64,000 bases of DNA, taken from Podospora anserina (lineage: Eukaryota). Shown here piece by piece: positions 60,753 to 64,000 of this stretch (position 1 is its first letter; every line of letters begins with the position of its first letter). The notes under the pieces are model-generated. The model saw only the letters and a list, made by a program, of their open reading frames with translations, ran no database searches and had not been told where the DNA came from. Made by a program: the position numbers and the translations under genes. The DNA lies in assembly GCA_017654855.1 (NCBI GenBank), contig CM030334.1, positions 1,488,001 through 1,552,000 on the forward strand, in the 5' to 3' direction.

Positions 60753-61871
60753 GATGGGCGAATGTTGTTGTTGTGTACAAGTAAGAGATTTACGTGGGCG
60801 CAATCATTCGTTTTCGTCGACTATGGATCGAGATGCTAAGGGTTCAGAAATCGGAAGCGACAATCCCCGTCAGCTAAGGAAGGCATCGGTGACGCTCGGT
60901 GGGAAGGGCCTCTAGGGGCAAGATGGGGATTTGCTCCAGGTCTCTGGCTACTACTAGGGTGGGCGCCCAGAGAGGGTGTTTCGTTTTTGCCTTTGCTGAG
61001 TGGTGTTGTTTCTGTCTCGAAGTCCAAGGCAAGGAAGCAAGTGTCCGGTGACGGAATACGATATCAATAAAGTCAGTCAGTCAGGCCTGGCTGAATTCCT
61101 CAAAAGGCTGTAGTTCCACTCCCCCACCAGGATTGGCGCGGCACACGACTCTTGGCATTGGGGATCCCCGCTATGTAGTTGGCTTTTCAGCAGCCAGACC
61201 AACCTAGTTAACGACATATGATCTTCTCTGAGTTGATTGGGATCCTTATACATCGGTGAGATGGCTAATGTCAGTTGTTCCACTCGAGAGTCTGTGACAA
61301 GGAGAAGCGGCCTGTCTGTTGCTACCCGTCTTGGTCACGAGTCACTGGGAAAGGGTTAGGGTTTGAGGCCAGCAATCTCGTGTCATGAAATTATCAGATC
61401 AAAGTTACGCCAGCCTTAGTCCCTCCAGTATCTGCAGATACGATACCTGATAGGCCACTGCTAGCGATATATATGCAGGAACATTCGTTCTGTCCCTGAT
61501 AATGTCTTTCTCTGAATAATCCCCAGTCACAGGTTCTGGCCGCCCGTGGCCCCCGAACATCCGAACAATCAACAGGTCGGCCCGCATGCTTGGCACGGGG
61601 GTCACGGTCCGCTGTGCTCCCCAGCCAGACGTCATGTCTCGGCACCCACTTGACCCCTGTCACGTTTCTCACAGCTCTGTCCATATCAAAAGCCTCAAAT
61701 AGAGACAAAACTCCCGAAAAAAGCGAGTCCGATCTGAGCATTGGACGATCCGAGTTTACAGTAGAAAACAGAAACAGGCACGGGAACCGGCCCCTGCTTT
61801 AAATGGATCTGGGCCAGAGCTACCACCAGTCTGAAGTTTGCATCTCCGTCCCATTCCCAAGTGGGCCTCCT

Positions 61872-62040
61872 TATCAGACGCTCTGATTTGTCCAACGGCG
61901 GGCTGCTTGTCAAAGCTTGATAAGAACCTCCCACCCCCGTCTTTGAACTTGTACTCGAGTACAGTATATCCGCGGAAAACACGGGTGCCGATCTAGAAAG
62001 GGATGCTCCAAAACGATCAATAAACGGCGCTCGCCTTATC
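61872..62040 (+). promoter_or_regulatory. Nitrate-induction module: TCCGCGGA (NIT4/NirA-type) flanked by GATA sites (NIT2/AreA-type)
   Basis: TCCGCGGA at 61969-61976; GATA/TATC at 61872, 61919, 61967 and 62037; about 270 bp upstream of the nitrate reductase ATG. Confidence 0.65.
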
Positions 62041-62246
62041 TCTGAGCACTTGCGATGAACACCCGCGGCCACTCGGAGAAGCAGGCGTCAAGCAGATGGC
62101 GTAGGTGGCATGGTATGTAGCATACCTACCTTAGGTATATATGAAGCAATCGAACCATTCCCTACATGTTGGTCCCTCTAGTTCCCTTTGCCATTCTTCA
62201 GCATTGTATGTAGTATTATCGTGTTTGTTAGCGTCAGCTGCCCAAC

Positions 62247-64000
62247 ATGGAAGTGACTTCAGCCCTTGCTGCCTCTCAGGCGTTCACCAGGTCCCCTCTC
62301 AGCTTCCAACAACAAAAGCCCACTGAAGATGGCATCCCACGAAGCTTCTATGACCTCGAGAAGCCATTGATTACCAACCTCGACGATATCGACTCCCAAT
62401 CCAGCACATCACAGTCTTCCTCAGAGCAGGACCAAGATCAACAATCCTCATCATCACAGTCATCACCACCGACGGAAGACCAGCCGCCTCTTTCGGACTT
62501 TGAGAAAGCCCTTCTTCACCCACAGCCAACTTCGGCACCATATCCATTGCCGCCAGCTCCCACTCCGATCTCAGTGCTGCCTCTTGATCTTAAGACACCA
62601 GACAGCTTTGTCCCAAGAGACCCTGCCCTTATCAGGCTGACAGGCGTCCACCCCTTCAACGTCGAGGCCCCTCTCACGCCTTTATACGACCAGGGGTTCC
62701 TCACTACCCTCAATCTTCACTATGTTCGCAACCACGGACCGGTTCCTCAGGTTCACGATGCCGACGCTCTATCATGGTCTTTCACCATCGAAGGCCTCTG
62801 CTCTTCACCAATCACCCTCACTTTGGCAGATCTCATCTCCTCCCGTTTCGAAGATGAAGTCGTCTCCTACCCAGTAACACTAGTCTGCGCTGGTAACCGC
62901 CGCAAAGAACAGAACCAGGTCCGCAAATCCAAAGGCTTCTCGTGGGGCGCCGCCGGCCTTTCAACATCTCTCTGGACCGGTCTACCACTCGGCCACCTCC
63001 TTTCCCTTGCCGGCGTCAACACTCGCAAGGGGAAATTTGTGCACTTTGAGGGCGCTGATGCCCTCCCCAACGGCTACTACGGGACGTCGGTGAAGCTGAG
63101 CCATGCCATGGACCCAGAAAGAGGCATGATGATCTCCTGGCTGATGAACGGTCTCCCTCTTCACCCCGACCACGGCAAGCCCCTTCGAGTGATCATCCCG
63201 GGTATGATTGGCGGGAGAAGCGTGAAATGGCTCAGGAAGATAATTATCAGCGACAAACCCTCGGAGAACTGGTATCACATCTACGACAACCGCGTCCTGC
63301 CCACCACAATCAGCCCCGAAGAAAGCGGTAACGGGACAGAAGAGATGGTCCAAATCTGGAAAGACGAGCGGTACGCCATCTACGACCTAAACACCAACTC
63401 GGCCGTCGTGTACCCCCAACACGAAGAAACCGTCCAAATCCAAGACGGAGCCACCTACGAGCTCAAAGGCTACGCCTACGCCGGCGGCGGCAAAAGAGTC
63501 ACCCGCATGGAGATTTCCCTGGATCAAGGCAAGACCTGGCTTTTGGGCAACATCTCCTACCCCGAAGACCTCTACCGCACCGAGACAGAAAGCCGCATCT
63601 ACGGCGGCCGTCTCGACCTCTCCCAAAACGGGCGTGACGCCTCCTTCTGCTGGTGTTTCTGGTCTCTCGCTCTCCCTGTCGGCACCCTCGCCGGGGCGTC
63701 TGACATTGTCGTCCGCGCCATGGACGAGGCAATGATGGTCCAGCCTAGGGACATGTACTGGTCGGTCCTGGGGATGATGAACAACCCCTGGTTCCGCGTC
63801 GTCATCCACCACGACACGACCTCCAACACCCTCCGGTTTGAACACCCAACCCAACCCGCCCTCCAACCCGGAGGCTGGATGGAACGGGTGAAAAGGTCAG
63901 GCGGCGACCTCACAAACGGCTTTTGGGGCGAGCGTCAAGCGGGCGGCGAAACCCTCACCAACCCTATAACCTCCCCACCAGAGAAGGAAATCTCCCTGAC
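62247..64000 (+). CDS. niaD: Assimilatory nitrate reductase, molybdopterin and dimerisation domains (runs past the window end; absent from the ORF track)
   Basis: Frame from ATG 62247 gives RLTGVHPFNVE, HYVRNHGPVP, LVCAGNRRKEQN, GFSWG, PDHGKPLR, GGRSVKWL and GMMNNPWFRV. Confidence 0.95.
   Translation, partial: MEVTSALAASQAFTRSPLSFQQQKPTEDGIPRSFYDLEKPLITNLDDIDSQSSTSQSSSEQDQDQQSSSSQSSPPTEDQPPLSDFEKALLHPQPTSAPYPLPPAPTPISVLPLDLKTPDSFVPRDPALIRLTGVHPFNVEAPLTPLYDQGFLTTLNLHYVRNHGPVPQVHDADALSWSFTIEGLCSSPITLTLADLISSRFEDEVVSYPVTLVCAGNRRKEQNQVRKSKGFSWGAAGLSTSLWTGLPLGHLLSLAGVNTRKGKFVHFEGADALPNGYYGTSVKLSHAMDPERGMMISWLMNGLPLHPDHGKPLRVIIPGMIGGRSVKWLRKIIISDKPSENWYHIYDNRVLPTTISPEESGNGTEEMVQIWKDERYAIYDLNTNSAVVYPQHEETVQIQDGATYELKGYAYAGGGKRVTRMEISLDQGKTWLLGNISYPEDLYRTETESRIYGGRLDLSQNGRDASFCWCFWSLALPVGTLAGASDIVVRAMDEAMMVQPRDMYWSVLGMMNNPWFRVVIHHDTTSNTLRFEHPTQPALQPGGWMERVKRSGGDLTNGFWGERQAGGETLTNPITSPPEKEISL

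Noticed and set aside
61353-61363. GGGTTAGGGTT as a telomerase RNA template or telomere
   Set aside because: Under two repeat units, and only about 600 bp before UPF2 on that strand, too little for a typical ~2-kb filamentous-fungal telomerase RNA; at most a telobox-type site.
62329-62370. ATG at 62329 as the nitrate reductase start
   Set aside because: Out of frame and stops after 13 codons; the in-frame ATG is 62247.
1-64000. CRISPR arrays, rRNA genes, intact transposons
   Set aside because: No repeat-spacer arrays, rRNA signatures, transposase or reverse-transcriptase motifs, or LTR pairs seen by eye.

Overview
Gene-dense eukaryotic DNA from a filamentous ascomycete (short GT-AG introns with CTAAC/CTGAC branch points). 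The style suggests Sordariales, possibly Podospora; that is inference only. I can support 15 protein-coding genes: a KH-domain RNA-binding protein, a ~935-aa low-complexity protein, a pyrimidine 5'-nucleotidase, Med21/Srb7, an Rrg7-like protein, a small coiled-coil protein, Lon protease Pim1, an atypical protein kinase, Ole1, Gdi1, mitochondrial uL29m, a small membrane protein, a C2H2 transcription factor (RfeC-like), Upf2 and a nitrate reductase that runs off the right end. There are also two intron-containing tRNAs and several microsatellites. No intact transposon, rRNA or CRISPR array was seen. Best leads: (1) an in-frame, protein-like ~250-codon continuation behind the UAG stop of the 935-aa gene, in a context that fits sexual-stage A-to-I stop-loss editing or a cryptic intron; (2) overlapping GC/GT 5' splice sites in the C2H2 factor, where the canonical GT-AG choice gives a zinc-finger-only protein and the GC choice gives full length; (3) a ~500-bp strongly self-complementary intergenic segment (23456-23953); (4) three degenerate tRNA-like elements near the left end. 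All coordinates were counted by hand and all family calls are from memory, not from database searches.
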